Source: Octopus bimaculoides | Lineage: Eukaryota | Direction: 5' to 3' | NCBI RefSeq assembly: GCF_001194135.2 | Contig: NC_068991.1 | Coordinates: 52,551,497-52,615,496, forward strand | DNA: 64,000 nt | In this document: piece by piece, positions 1-11,900 of the stretch | Position numbering within the stretch: the first letter of the stretch is position 1 | How the letters are laid out: every line of letters begins with the position of its first letter | The notes under the pieces: generated by a model | Told to the model about the DNA's origin: nothing | Database searches by the model: none | What the model saw: only the letters and a program-made list of their open reading frames with translations | Program-made: the position numbers and the translations under genes

Positions 1-476
1 CACTGGGTTTATACTAAGGATGCACTTGGATGACCACAATCTTTCTTGTCTTACTTTGCTGTGAGTTATGCATTACACAGCAATAGCGCAAGATAGTGCC
101 TCTCAGCTTATTGAAACTTGATTGCTGATGGTTAGGTTTCTTACCACACAGATGGTAAGTTTTCATTGACACTGGGTAACAAGCTCTTAAAGAGTTTCAT
201 CAAGAGTTTAAAACTCACAAGCTACCTTTAACCTGGTTTAGTTGACTTGCTGTTATATTATCCTAATACCATTTGTTTTTATCATGTGCACTCTCATACA
301 CACACACACACACACACTGTATGTGCTGAGGTTTATGTTCTTAAACGTTTAAAGTATTTGACACCAAAGTTCACTCTGATGTATGTAATTTCAGTATATG
401 TTCACTGACGACCTACATGGATACCTTTGGATGTCAGCAGACGTGTGTTTGTTTGTAGATATAACATTATAAACAT

Positions 477-480
477 ACAA

Positions 481-573
<93 letters not shown>
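477..573. repeat. (TA)n microsatellite, about 95 bp
   Basis: Direct reading; explains the IY-repeat ORFs. Confidence 0.95.
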
Positions 574-574
<1 letters not shown>

Positions 575-578
<4 letters not shown>

Positions 579-1115
579 GGTCATCCCATAAATAATGCAG
601 TTTTTTAATATTTCTTTTAAGAAACAAAATTCTTTTTTAATCTAAAATATACTCTCCTTCATTTTCTACAATGCTCTTCCATCTTTCTGGTAGACTTGCA
701 AGGTTCCTCTTCCAAAATTCACTTGTCCATGATGAAAAATGCTCCTCTGGTACTATTGTGACCTCATCTACAGAATTCATATTTTTTCCATCCAAATGAT
801 TTTGAAGACTGCAGAATAAATGATACTCAGATGGGGCAATGTCCAGCAAATGAGGATGGGGCATCGTTTCCCATTCAAACTAATCCAGCCTTTGGAATGT
901 CGTCCTTGCTGTATGTGACCAAATATTATCCTGATGGAAGAACACCTTTCATCTTGAAACCAAAGATGGTCATTTTTCTACTAGCGCTGATTTAAGCCAG
1001 TCAACCTGGTCTCAGTAGATCTCCTTTGTTATCATATGGTTTGGGTTTAAGAGTTCAAAATGAACAAAACCTTCCATATCCCACCAAACAGATAACAATA
1101 CCATATAGACCTTCT
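575..1115 (-). mobile_element. Mariner transposase remnant (3' half) with probable terminal repeat next to (TA)n
   Basis: Minus strand gives VWWDMEG..., FHQDN..SH and PHP...DIAPSEYHLF...[16 protein letters not shown] (mariner HDNA / YSPDLAPSDY motifs), broken by stops and frameshifts. Confidence 0.85.
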
Positions 1116-2118
1116 TTACCGTGGGGTGCCAGTGTTTCTCCTTTCCCTATCCACTGTCTTTGGCATTTAACATTTTTATAGAGAATACAGTTCTATATTT
1201 AAGAGATAAGGAATTATGTTAATTTCACGAGCAGGCTGTTCCGTTGATCGGATCAACTGGAACCCTCGTCATCGTAAGTGACTATATATATATACACATA
1301 CACGCACATGTATATATATTGATGTGTATTTGTCTTTGTGTTTTCCCCACCACCATTGTCTTTGTGTTTTCCCCACCACCATTGCTTGACAACCAATGTT
1401 GGTGTGTTTATGTCCCCCGAAACTTAGAAGTTTGGCAAAATAAACCAATAGAATAAGTACTAGGCTTACAAATAATAAGTCCTGAGGTTGATTTCTTTGA
1501 CTAAAGGCATTGCTTCAGCATGGGCTGCAGTCAAATGACTGAAATGTGTAAATGAGTAAAAAAAAGGTATACACACACACACACATACACACACACACAC
1601 ACACCCATATATATTACCACAGCTACTCCTACGACCACCACCACTGCCAACAATAATAATAAAGGTGATGATAATTGAAATGTAAAAACCTCTGAGAAAT
1701 GTTGTTTACGACATTTCTGAAAATAGCCAAACAATTACTGCTTTGGCCAGGGTCAAAATACAGGCCTCTTGACATGTTCAACAAGCCATGACGCCTAAAC
1801 AAACACCAATCAGCTGAAGTAATTTAGTAAAGCCACACACTGATTGGTCAGAGTACAGTTTGCAAAACTTAACATTCTGGATCCTATGCAAATGTATTTA
1901 AAGCAAACATTTTAGCCATTTCACTACAGTTGTGAATTGTAAAACATAACTGTCACTACTACTATATGAAACTGAAAATACATAGTTTTATGCATGAAAG
2001 TACTTGTTCAGCCAGAATGGACATTTAATATTCTATCATTTCATTATATTGTATTATCTTATATTATCATAAGATTGTAAATAAAATGTTAAAATCAGAT
2101 AAAGTTGGAATTACTGAG

Positions 2119-2162
<44 letters not shown>

Positions 2163-2166
<4 letters not shown>

Positions 2167-3023
2167 GTGTCAGCTATGGCCTAGTCACCCATATAGTTAA
2201 CCAGATACAAATAATTACAGAGGCATCAAGTTGTTGGATTAAGTAATGAAGGTCACAGAGAGGGCCATAGCCCAACTAATTAGGGAGAGAGTCAGTCTAG
2301 ATGAGATGCAGTTTGGGTTCGTGCCAGGAAAAAGCACCACTGATGCTATATTTCTGGTAAGACAGCTGCAAGAGAAATACCTAGCCAAAGATAAACCTCT
2401 GTACCTGGCTTTCATTGACATGGTGAAAGCCTTTGACAGGGTCCTCTGATCCCTTATCTGGTGGTCAATGAGGAAACTAGAGATAGAGGAATGGTTAGCT
2501 GTGTATGCCATGTACAGAGATGCTGTCAGTAAGGTGAGAGTTGGCAACAAGTACAATGAAGAATTCCGAGTAGGGGTAAGGGTCCACCAAGGATCAGTCC
2601 TCAGCCCCCTCTTATCATAGTCTTCCAGACAATAACAGAGGAATTCAAGACCGGATGCCCCTGGGAGCTCCTCTATGCTGATGACATTGCTCTAATTGCT
2701 GAGTCACTATCAGAACTAGAGGAAAAGTTTCAGGTGTAAAAGCAAGGATTAGAATTGAAGGGCCTTAGAGTCAACTTAGCTAAAACCAAAGTTTTAATGA
2801 GTAGGAAGGTAGACAAATCACAAATCTCTTCAGGTAGATGACCATGCTCAATCTGTAGAAGAGGCATAGGTAGAAACTCCATAAGATATACCCAGTGTAA
2901 GCTATGGACACATAAGAAGTGCAGCAATATCAAAGGAAGGCTAACTAGGAAGACAGTTTTTGTATGTGGCAAGTGCTCAGGAGCAATAAACACTGAAAAT
3001 GTGCAGAGAACAGCTTCTGTCAC
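2163..3023 (+). mobile_element. RTE-clade LINE reverse transcriptase fragment (decayed)
   Basis: [56 protein letters not shown], then a Cys/His finger; several stops. Confidence 0.92.
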
Positions 3024-3872
3024 TGGCACAGATGCCCTTCAGGTGGTACTGGCTTCGGCCACAACATTGATTTCACTTGACTCAACAGGTCTTCTCAAGC
3101 ACAGTTTATTGCTCAATGATTGAAGGGTACTCTTAAATGGGCTGGTTATGCTACACTGGCATACGCCACTGTTATGGTCTCACTTGGCTTCTCAAGCACA
3201 ACATATCTCCAAAGGTCTTTGTCGCTTGTCATTGCCTCTATGAGGCCCAACATTCAGAGGCTGTGCTTCACTACCTCATCCCAGGTCTTCCTGTGTCTAC
3301 CTCTTCCATAGGTTCCCTCTACTGCAAGGGTATGACACTTTTTCACACCAATGTCCTCATCCATATGTAACACATGACCATACCACAGTCATCTCTCTTG
3401 CACACCACATCTAATACTTCTTATGTCCAACTCTTCTCTCAGGGCGCTTACACTCTTTCATCTATGCACAGTAACATTACTCATCCATTGGAACATACTG
3501 GCTTCATTTCTTGTGAGCTTACACATGTCCTCAGCAGTCACAGCTCATGTTTCACTGCCGTGTAGCAAGGCTGTTCTCACACATGCATCATACAGTCTAC
3601 CTTTCACTCTGAGCGAGAGGTAGGAGCTCTCTGAACTTTGCCCAGGCTATTGTTATTCTAGCAGCTACACTCTCAGAGCATCCACCCCCACTACTAACTT
3701 GGTCACCTAGATAATGGAAGCTATCAACTACTAATCTTTCCACCTGACATGTGTCGGAAGCTGTTTTCTGCAATTTTCAGTGTTTATTGCCCCTGAGTAT
3801 TTGCCACACACAAAAACTATCTGCCTAGTTAGCCTCCTTTTGATCCTGCTGCACCTCGTATGTGCCCATAGC
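3024..3872 (-). mobile_element. RTE-clade LINE 3' fragment (Cys finger, thumb, 3' UTR), opposite orientation to the adjacent copy
   Basis: Minus strand encodes LWAHTRCS...[33 protein letters not shown] and WYGHVL; same family as 48036-50625. Confidence 0.88.
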
Positions 3873-3903
3873 AGATACCTATACACATATATATATATAT
3901 ATA

Positions 3904-4300
3904 NNNNNNNNNNNNNNNNNNNNNNNNNNNNNNNNNNNNNNNNNNNNNNNNNNNNNNNNNNNNNNNNNNNNNNNNNNNNNNNNNNNNNNNNNNNNNNNNN
4001 NNNNNNNNNNNNNNNNNNNNNNNNNNNNNNNNNNNNNNNNNNNNNNNNNNNNNNNNNNNNNNNNNNNNNNNNNNNNNNNNNNNNNNNNNNNNNNNNNNNN
4101 NNNNNNNNNNNNNNNNNNNNNNNNNNNNNNNNNNNNNNNNNNNNNNNNNNNNNNNNNNNNNNNNNNNNNNNNNNNNNNNNNNNNNNNNNNNNNNNNNNNN
4201 NNNNNNNNNNNNNNNNNNNNNNNNNNNNNNNNNNNNNNNNNNNNNNNNNNNNNNNNNNNNNNNNNNNNNNNNNNNNNNNNNNNNNNNNNNNNNNNNNNNN
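3904..4300. other. Assembly gap (further gaps at 5626-5708, 42659-42824, 44194-44381, 47052-47061, 48646-48655)
   Basis: Runs of N, mostly bordered by (TA)n. Confidence 1.
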
Positions 4301-4355
<55 letters not shown>

Positions 4356-4878
4356 TAAATCTGTAGTGCTATATGTGAATTCATAGAATCATATGGCTAT
4401 CACAGTAAGTTCCTCTAGTGGACCTGGCTAGCAGACCATATAATAATCCAATATAGAGGAGTATATTGCAGCTGAAATCCAGGAGATGCAATTGATGAAA
4501 TTATTTCAAAAAGAGTATATAAACCATAAAAATCAGCAGGTATAAAAGGTGAATGTACTTATTTAACCACTTGTTATCCTTAGGATTACGGCTGTTTCGC
4601 AGCCTTCATCATGTAATAATAATTTCAATGTATAAGAAGCATTAATGTAACCATGATGTTCTGGTGATCTGTTGAGCTAGCTTTCTTTATCTGCACTGAT
4701 TTCTAAATATAGAATTGCATTTTCAATGCAAAGCATGCATATTAATGCAGGCATGTAAAATAATTTATTATACACTGAAATTTTTATCACATGATGGAGG
4801 CGGTGAACCAGCCATAATGCTAAGGATAACAAGTGATTAAATGAATATATTCACCTCTCATACCTCCTAACTTTTTAT

Positions 4879-4923
<45 letters not shown>

Positions 4924-5229
4924 CTCCATGTAACTCCTTTAAGAAATCTAATAGCATCCCATTCTACATTCTTACACAATCTAACCACCCACTAATATGA
5001 CCATCATCCAATGAAGCCATCTCTGAAGGGAGATAACCAAATACTACATGATATTTTGCCCAATGCTGTCATCTACCTGTATTGTGCATGTATGTATCTA
5101 CTGATACAGGAAAAAATCACTAAGTGTTCCTTCTCCATGAAGAATAAATGAAGTGCAGGTTACCATATTTAAACTGGGTAAAGTGGAAATAATTTTAATG
5201 AAATAAAATTTTAGTGAAATATAAGCTAT

Positions 5230-5617
5230 CTATGTTTATGAATGGATTGCCTCCCGTGCTGGTGACATGTAAAAAGCACCATTCGAGCGTGATTGTTGCC
5301 AGCATTGCCTTACTGGCACACGAAATACATTTGAGCGTGGTGTTTGCCAGTGCCACCGGACTGGCTCCCGTGCAGTTAACACATAAAAACACTTTTGAGC
5401 ATGGTCATTGCCAGAACTGCCTGACTGGCCCTCATGCTGGTGGCACGTAAAAGCACCCACTACACTCTCGGAGTGGTTAGCATTAGGAAGGGCATTCAGC
5501 TGTAGAAACTTTGCCTGATCAGGTTGAACCTGGTGCAGCCTCTGGCTCACCAGTCCTCAGTCAAACCCTCCAACCCATGCCAGCATGGAAAGCGGACGTT
5601 AAATGATGATGATGATG
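5230..5617 (+). mobile_element. 3' end of the RTE LINE family (5'-truncated copy or LINE-tail SINE)
   Basis: ...cattaggaagggcat.cagctgtaga...ggaaagcggacgttaaa(tga)n tail, same as LINE end at 48036-48230. Confidence 0.8.
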
Positions 5618-5863
5618 AAATTTCTNNNNNNNNNNNNNNNNNNNNNNNNNNNNNNNNNNNNNNNNNNNNNNNNNNNNNNNNNNNNNNNNNNNNNNNNNNN
5701 NNNNNNNNCACCGCTCAAAAAAAATAAAAACTCCAGATGGTAACAATAATTCTCACAATTTCAATTAACCAGTGGTTAAACAGACATATGCAGTGGTGTT
5801 GTGAGCCTGATATTTGATTGCTATAGTATCAACCACAGATGTGTTCCTGTCTTATTTGACCTC

Positions 5864-6240
5864 TTCATCATCATCATTTAGCATCCAATTTCCATGCTGG
5901 CATGGATTGGAGAGTTTGACTGAAGCTAGCAAGTTGTAAAGGTATACCAAGCTCCAGTTGCCTGTTTTGGTATGGTTTCTATGGCTGGATGCCCTTCCTA
6001 ATGCCAACCACATTACGAAGTGTACTGGGTGCTTTTTATGTGGCGTCAGCACCAGTACTTTATACATGGCACCAGCACAGGTGCTTCATATGTGGTGCCA
6101 GCACCAGTGCTTTATACACGGCACCAGCACAGGTGCTTTGTACATGGAACCAGCTCAGGTGCTTTTTTCGTAGAACCAGCATGGCTGCTTTTTACGTGGT
6201 ACCAGCTCAGGTGCTTTCTGTATGGCACCAGCATAGGTTT
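5864..6240 (-). mobile_element. RTE LINE 3' end carrying an expanded 26-bp minisatellite
   Basis: (tca)n tail, ggatgcccttcctaatgccaacca core, followed by 8 x 26-bp units. Confidence 0.8.
6029..6236 (+). repeat. 26-bp tandem repeat x8
   Basis: Consensus GTGCTTTWTAYRTGGCACCAGCACMR; eight consecutive 26-nt units counted by hand. Confidence 0.9.
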
Positions 6241-6665
6241 TTTTTTTTTACATGGCACAAACTTAGAACAACCAAGATATAGTTTATGTGCATGTAAAAA
6301 TAATTCCCTTATTAGGTAAATTAAATTGGTGACATTTAAAAAATTCCCAAAAGTACTTTTGCTCAAAGAACATATATTTAAAGTTCAGGCTACCATACTT
6401 TAAAATGCATGTGTAAGTTCCCCATTCCTATGCACATGTACACTCACTCATACATGCACACACACCACATACACAATGCCCTACATATACATAAATGATA
6501 AAATATACAAGCATGTTTTAGAGTATACATGGATTTTTATGTATTTTTTAATGCAGTATTATGTTGCTTTTAAATTATTTTTGATTAAGATATTTCATCT
6601 AAGAAAATATTGTAATAAAACCGATATATATAATATTAAATATGTATTGTTAAACTATATTACAT

Positions 6666-6813
6666 TTGTGGCATTAGGAAGGGCATCCAGCTGTAGAAAC
6701 TCTGCCAAATCAGATTGAAGCCTGGTGTAGCCATCTGGTTTCACCAGTCCTCAGTCAAATCGTCCAACCCATGCTAGCATGGAAAGCGGACGTTAAACGA
6801 CGATGATGATGAT
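6666..6813 (+). mobile_element. RTE LINE 3' tail copy
   Basis: ggcattaggaagggcatccagctgtagaaac...ggaaagcggacgttaaacgacgatgatg. Confidence 0.8.
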
Positions 6814-7232
6814 ATTTGATTAAATATATTGCTATAAAAAGTATAATCAAATTTTGCTTTTGGCATTCAGTAAGATTTTGCATTCTTCCTTGACTGATAG
6901 AACGAGTTCTACTATGTAACATGTTGATTCACCTGATGATGCAGCCCCTGCTCTTACAAATTGATTCTACTGCTTCGTAAAATGAAATCATTATTATAAG
7001 GAAGTCCCTTCAATCAGTTTTACTATATTATCGACCCTAAAAATATATTTGTTGTTAGTTTATTAAGAAATTAAATGTTCCTCTATCTGACTCTCCATCT
7101 ACTTCCAAGTGATTTTTCAACAGCTGATATTTTTATTTTAAAAAATTTGGTCTTAGTATTTAAGACATTTATCATGAAGTGTGATCAGCCTAACTTTTAT
7201 ATTTGTACATTAATGAAATCTCCTTCTTTCAG

Positions 7233-7297
7233 GCGAGATAAATTATGGATTGCTATGGAATACTGTGGTGGAGGGTCTATGCAGGATATTTATCACA
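7233..7297 (+). CDS. MAP4K3: Kinase exon, 65 nt: (R)[21 protein letters not shown]
   Basis: ctttcag acceptor, a|gtaagt donor; gatekeeper/hinge sequence of GCK-I kinases. Confidence 0.96.
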
Positions 7298-8879
7298 GTA
7301 AGTATTTTCTATGTTTTCTTGATTTTATATAAACTGGCCGATTCTGGCCTCTCACACCTACCCTACAGTCTCATTTTAAAAATAAGGAACCACGTCATCA
7401 AAATCTCAAAGCTATGAGGTAGTGCATGATATATTCAAAATAACAGGGATAATGTGAAGCATTACTTTTTGCTAAAATAACCTGAATGCTAAAGAGTTAA
7501 CACATTTTCACATTTTATTTTGTGTACTAATCAACAATTTAATGAAGAATAAATGTTACTTGGTTTGTTCTCTCTTTCTCGCTGCTTTATCCGCTGAAAA
7601 AAAAATCCTTTACTCATAGTTTCCTATTCTTCATTCTTTATACTCCACTTCAGGCAGCTTTTTTCAAAATAGACAAATATTCTTCATCTCAATATATTTC
7701 CTTATAGGAAAGTAACATGCTGGCAGAATCCTTAGCACACCAGGCAAAATGCTTAGCAGCATTTCGTCCGTCTTTACATTCTGAGTTCAAATTCTGCCAA
7801 GGTCAACTTTGCTTTTCATCCTTTTTGGGGTCAGTAAAATAAGTACCGGAGGAGGAGTGGGAGGTTGAAGATTATCTGTGGTGAATTTTTACGTTTTCTA
7901 CATTTTATCAACAAGTCTTTAGCTTGATTTTAAAAAACTATTTTCTTTAATATTATTTCTCAATGAAGTTTTCTGTAGAACGTCTTCCTGTGTGTTCGAT
8001 AAAATATTTTTTTCTGTTTAAATTGATCAGTTATGTTGATCTTAACAGTTGACCTTATGGTTTTTGTGACAATTCCTTATGATATTCTGTAATTTCTAGT
8101 AATTCTTCTCCTTTTAAAAATTTTGTTTCTTATGTGTCCTTTACATTTTTATTGTACTAAAGTGTATAGATGCAAGCATGGCTGTATGACTACACAGCCA
8201 TGCTTACCTCTGCAAGATTTCAGGTTCAGTCCCACTGTGTGGCACCTTGGGCAAGCATCTACAATAACCTCAGGTTGACCAAAGTCTTGTGAGTGGTTTT
8301 CATACTGAAACAAAAATTGAAAGAAGCCCATTTTGTGTGTGAACGAGTGTCACTTTCACACAAGCAGTCATTCTTTTCCAATAAATGGTGCTGCTGGCCA
8401 TGTTTAATCATGAGGAAATAACACTTTCCTTGGAAACAGATGTAACTTGGCAGCCAGCAAAAAATCTGCTTCACTAAATTCCATGGAAAAGTGGACATTA
8501 GAATGACAAGTGTTAGTTTTTGTAATTTTAATAATATCAAACCTTCTCTTAGGGTGGCAAGCTGGCAGAATTGTTAGTCTGCCAGGCAAAATGCCTAGCG
8601 GTATTTAGTCTGTCTTTTTGTTCTGAGTTCAAATTCTGCCAAGGTTGACTTTCAGGGTTGATAAAATAAGTACCAGTTAAGTACTGGAATTGATGTGATC
8701 GATTTAGTCCCTCCCCCAAAATTGGTGACCAAAATTTGAAAGCAGTATTAAATCTTCTCTGATTAGATTTAGATTTCTCTCTTTTATTTATCACTGTGAT
8801 TTATTCTTTTCTTAATTTTCTCTTTACTTCTGTTTTCTAATTGCTTACATAATTATGTAGTGTAAATAATTTGCTTGGG

Positions 8880-8919
<40 letters not shown>

Positions 8920-11900
8920 TTTCATAAAAATAAAACAGAACAATAATGTTTTATTATCAACCTTCATTTCTTTTTCTCAGTTCTAGTTTGCAGTGCGTTC
9001 TGTCTTTAATATTTGTTAATCTGCTAATCTTGATCTAATAGATCCCTCATCAAAGACCTCCTATCTGTGACTATCCCATTGATAAATCTACAGCTACATT
9101 ATCTGTTGCAGTGGTTCTCAACCATTTTTTTTTTTGCTTGCGGACCCATTTGATGGCTATTTTATCATAGCCATTTCAAGTTTTAAAATAATCCTATTCA
9201 ATTTTTATAATTGAATATAATTAGGAATTGTATTCAAAAATTATGGTATTTTCTGTATATAACTGACTTATTGCACATAATTTTTAACAACTAAATATTA
9301 TATGGACTCCCAAGGATCATGTGGACCCCAGTTGAGAACCACTGCTTTAATGTATCATCCTTCTATTTTAAGATTGAAGCAAGTGATTCAAGATAGGTTT
9401 CACTGCTATTTCTAGCCACATGATTGATCATGTGGATGTTCCTTTGGTGCCTCCCTTTCTCCCTCCCCCCTGTCTCTCTCTCATAGTGTCTGATATGCCT
9501 TTAATATCTGTTTGGATTCTAGGATCTGTATTACGTGTATATTTTGTTATAGTTAGTTGGAAGCAAAAACAGAGTAGGGTTCATGTCTGAACTCTGAGGT
9601 TTGGGGAGTTCTTAGAATATGGATACTTCATCAAGGCCTGTTTCAATGGAACAGACTGACAAAAAAACTCACAGAAAAAATGAGTAGATTCCAAAGTTGG
9701 GAAACTACATTCAAAGCTTCAAATTGAGGTCTACCATTTACCTTATCAACTGTTCTCTCAGATCTCAAATAATAAGTAACACCAAAAATTATTTCATTTC
9801 CACTCCAAAAACACTGAAGATTAGCATCAAAACTTAAAGAGACAACTGTTCATAAACAAGACTGTTTGGAAGAGGTACTGTTGTGTCTTGGCAATCCATG
9901 ACAACAGTAGAAGCTGCCTTACAATTGACAATTTACTCACAGAATACTCTCAGCATTTTATTAAGTTTTTTTTTCTAATGTTCCAGATTTTTTTCATTTT
10001 TTTCTTTTTTTCAGAATTGGTGTACTCAACAAACTTTGCAGTTTATCAAAACAAAATGCAATTTTTATAATATCACTCTAAAAATTATTCGTGGGAAAAG
10101 CTTCTTTTTCTTTGCCTCTTATTTTTTTTTCTTCAAATTTTATTCAGTCCACGTCTGTACTGTTCTCACAGTTCAAATTTCTGGGTTGTCTCCCTTCAAC
10201 TGTATTTTTGAAACGTAATTAACTCCCCTTACCTGGAGAGATGGGTTTCAGGTTTCTTACACCTGAGCTGACCTATTTTATGATTAGGTTGTTTTACATA
10301 CAATATCGGTTGTGAAGTGTTAAATGCATCTTAGTATTTTGGTAATTGATACGGTATTTTGCTTTTAATAGTATCAATGTGCTCCATATATCTTATTTAT
10401 TCACATAAAAACACACAGTTCTTTATTTTGTTGTTATATAGGTTACATATGAAATCATCGTATGAGTCATTTATAGTTTAGTCAGAAGCAGGTCGTTCTG
10501 CCCATGGCCTTTGCAGGTTCTCTTAGACTAGTTTGATTGACACAGTTTTAGCTTGAAAATCTACAAGTTGCTGTCTATAGGAAATATAGAAGTAGGGAGT
10601 AAGTTCCAGAGTGTTGGCATTAGGGACTGAGGGAAATGATTAGTTCTTAGGCCTAAGTGACGAGACACGGTGGTGGTGTTGAGAGATGGGTGTGTTGTGT
10701 CTATGTGACTGCTTAATTATGCATCTAGCTTGTTCAGAGAGCAGAAAGATGAGATAGCTTGCTTGGAGACTGTAGGTTGTACTTTAGGATGTGGTCTAGC
10801 ATGTGTGTGTGTAACTGCATTCCCATCTCAGAGATACACACAATCCTCCATTGTTGATCTGACATTAAATTTGCAGAGGATTAACAGATAATAAGAGATG
10901 AGGTATTTTCTGCTGTGCAGTGGTTGTATTTTTGTTTTGTTGGATGAGAGTAAATTTTTATGATCACTCCCAACCTGATCAAGCTTGCCTCACATCTTTC
11001 TTAGTTTCACACACACTCTGCATTCAGTGCATTTGTTTAACTACCATACAAAATCACACTTAGTCCACAAGCATTGTAGAATGTGTACTTTACTCTTGAG
11101 TACCTCAGGCAAGTGTCTACTATTATAGCCTTAACCCTTTGAACCCCAGATACCCGTTGTCCTCAGCACCCTCACCCCAGATTCCCTGACTAAAAGAACC
11201 AAAGAAATGATTTCCCACCTAATATTGTTTCAGTGTCACTAAAATGTGTTTTCTGTCTCATATTGAAATAAAGTGCCAAACAGAGAGCAACATTGTCCTT
11301 ACCACTTGTTTTTTTTTTTTTTGCTTTTATTTTATTGCCAATACTGGCGTTTGTGGTGCCAATCAAACCAGCAGTTACTGGTTTTCCAATGCAGAGGAAC
11401 TCCTCACAATATTTGCATCTGTAAACAGTCTTACAGCGTTTGGGTAAGTCTTTGTCCGAAACCTGGGAGTTCAGCTGTTTTGCCCTCAGGTATTTTTCCC
11501 TGCACACCCTGCAATGATTGATACTGGATGCTGTTTCCACCCTTTCTGCATCATGGTGTGCGTCACATAACAGCCTCTTTTCATCATGCTCAGCTGAGCG
11601 TCATCTGCCAAAGTCAGTGTTCTTCTTTCTTACATTGTCAACAAGTTTGTGGCAGTTTATCTAATAAAAAAAAAAAAGTGAAATGTGTACACTCTCTTTC
11701 CAGTGGGGTGATGCAGTTTGAAGAAACCCATCAACATGTATGCATTGTAGGCAGCCCATATAAAAATCTTTACTATCAGGCATCTAAGCCATTTGTAATG
11801 ATGGCGACACTTTTGAAGTTGAGTCATTTGGTCGTTTTTGTTTGTTCCATCCATGTGAGCATTATATTCTTTCATCACCTTAGGACAAGAGACAGGAAGG

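Noticed and set aside
391-627. ORFs of IY/YI, CV/VC, HT or SL dipeptide repeats (also 3731-4386, 23858-24166, 37310-37601, 38995-39409, 41186-41476, 42502-42928, 44148-44434)
   Set aside because: Translations of microsatellites and N-gaps, not genes.
6029-6236. Regularly spaced partly palindromic repeats resembling a CRISPR array
   Set aside because: Units are contiguous with no unique spacers, lie inside a LINE 3' UTR in a eukaryotic intron, and no cas genes are present.
1-7232. Search for the upstream kinase exons (GxGxYG, AxK, HPNIV)
   Set aside because: Not found by eye; presumed upstream of the window, although the gaps at 3904-4300 and 5626-5708 cannot be excluded.
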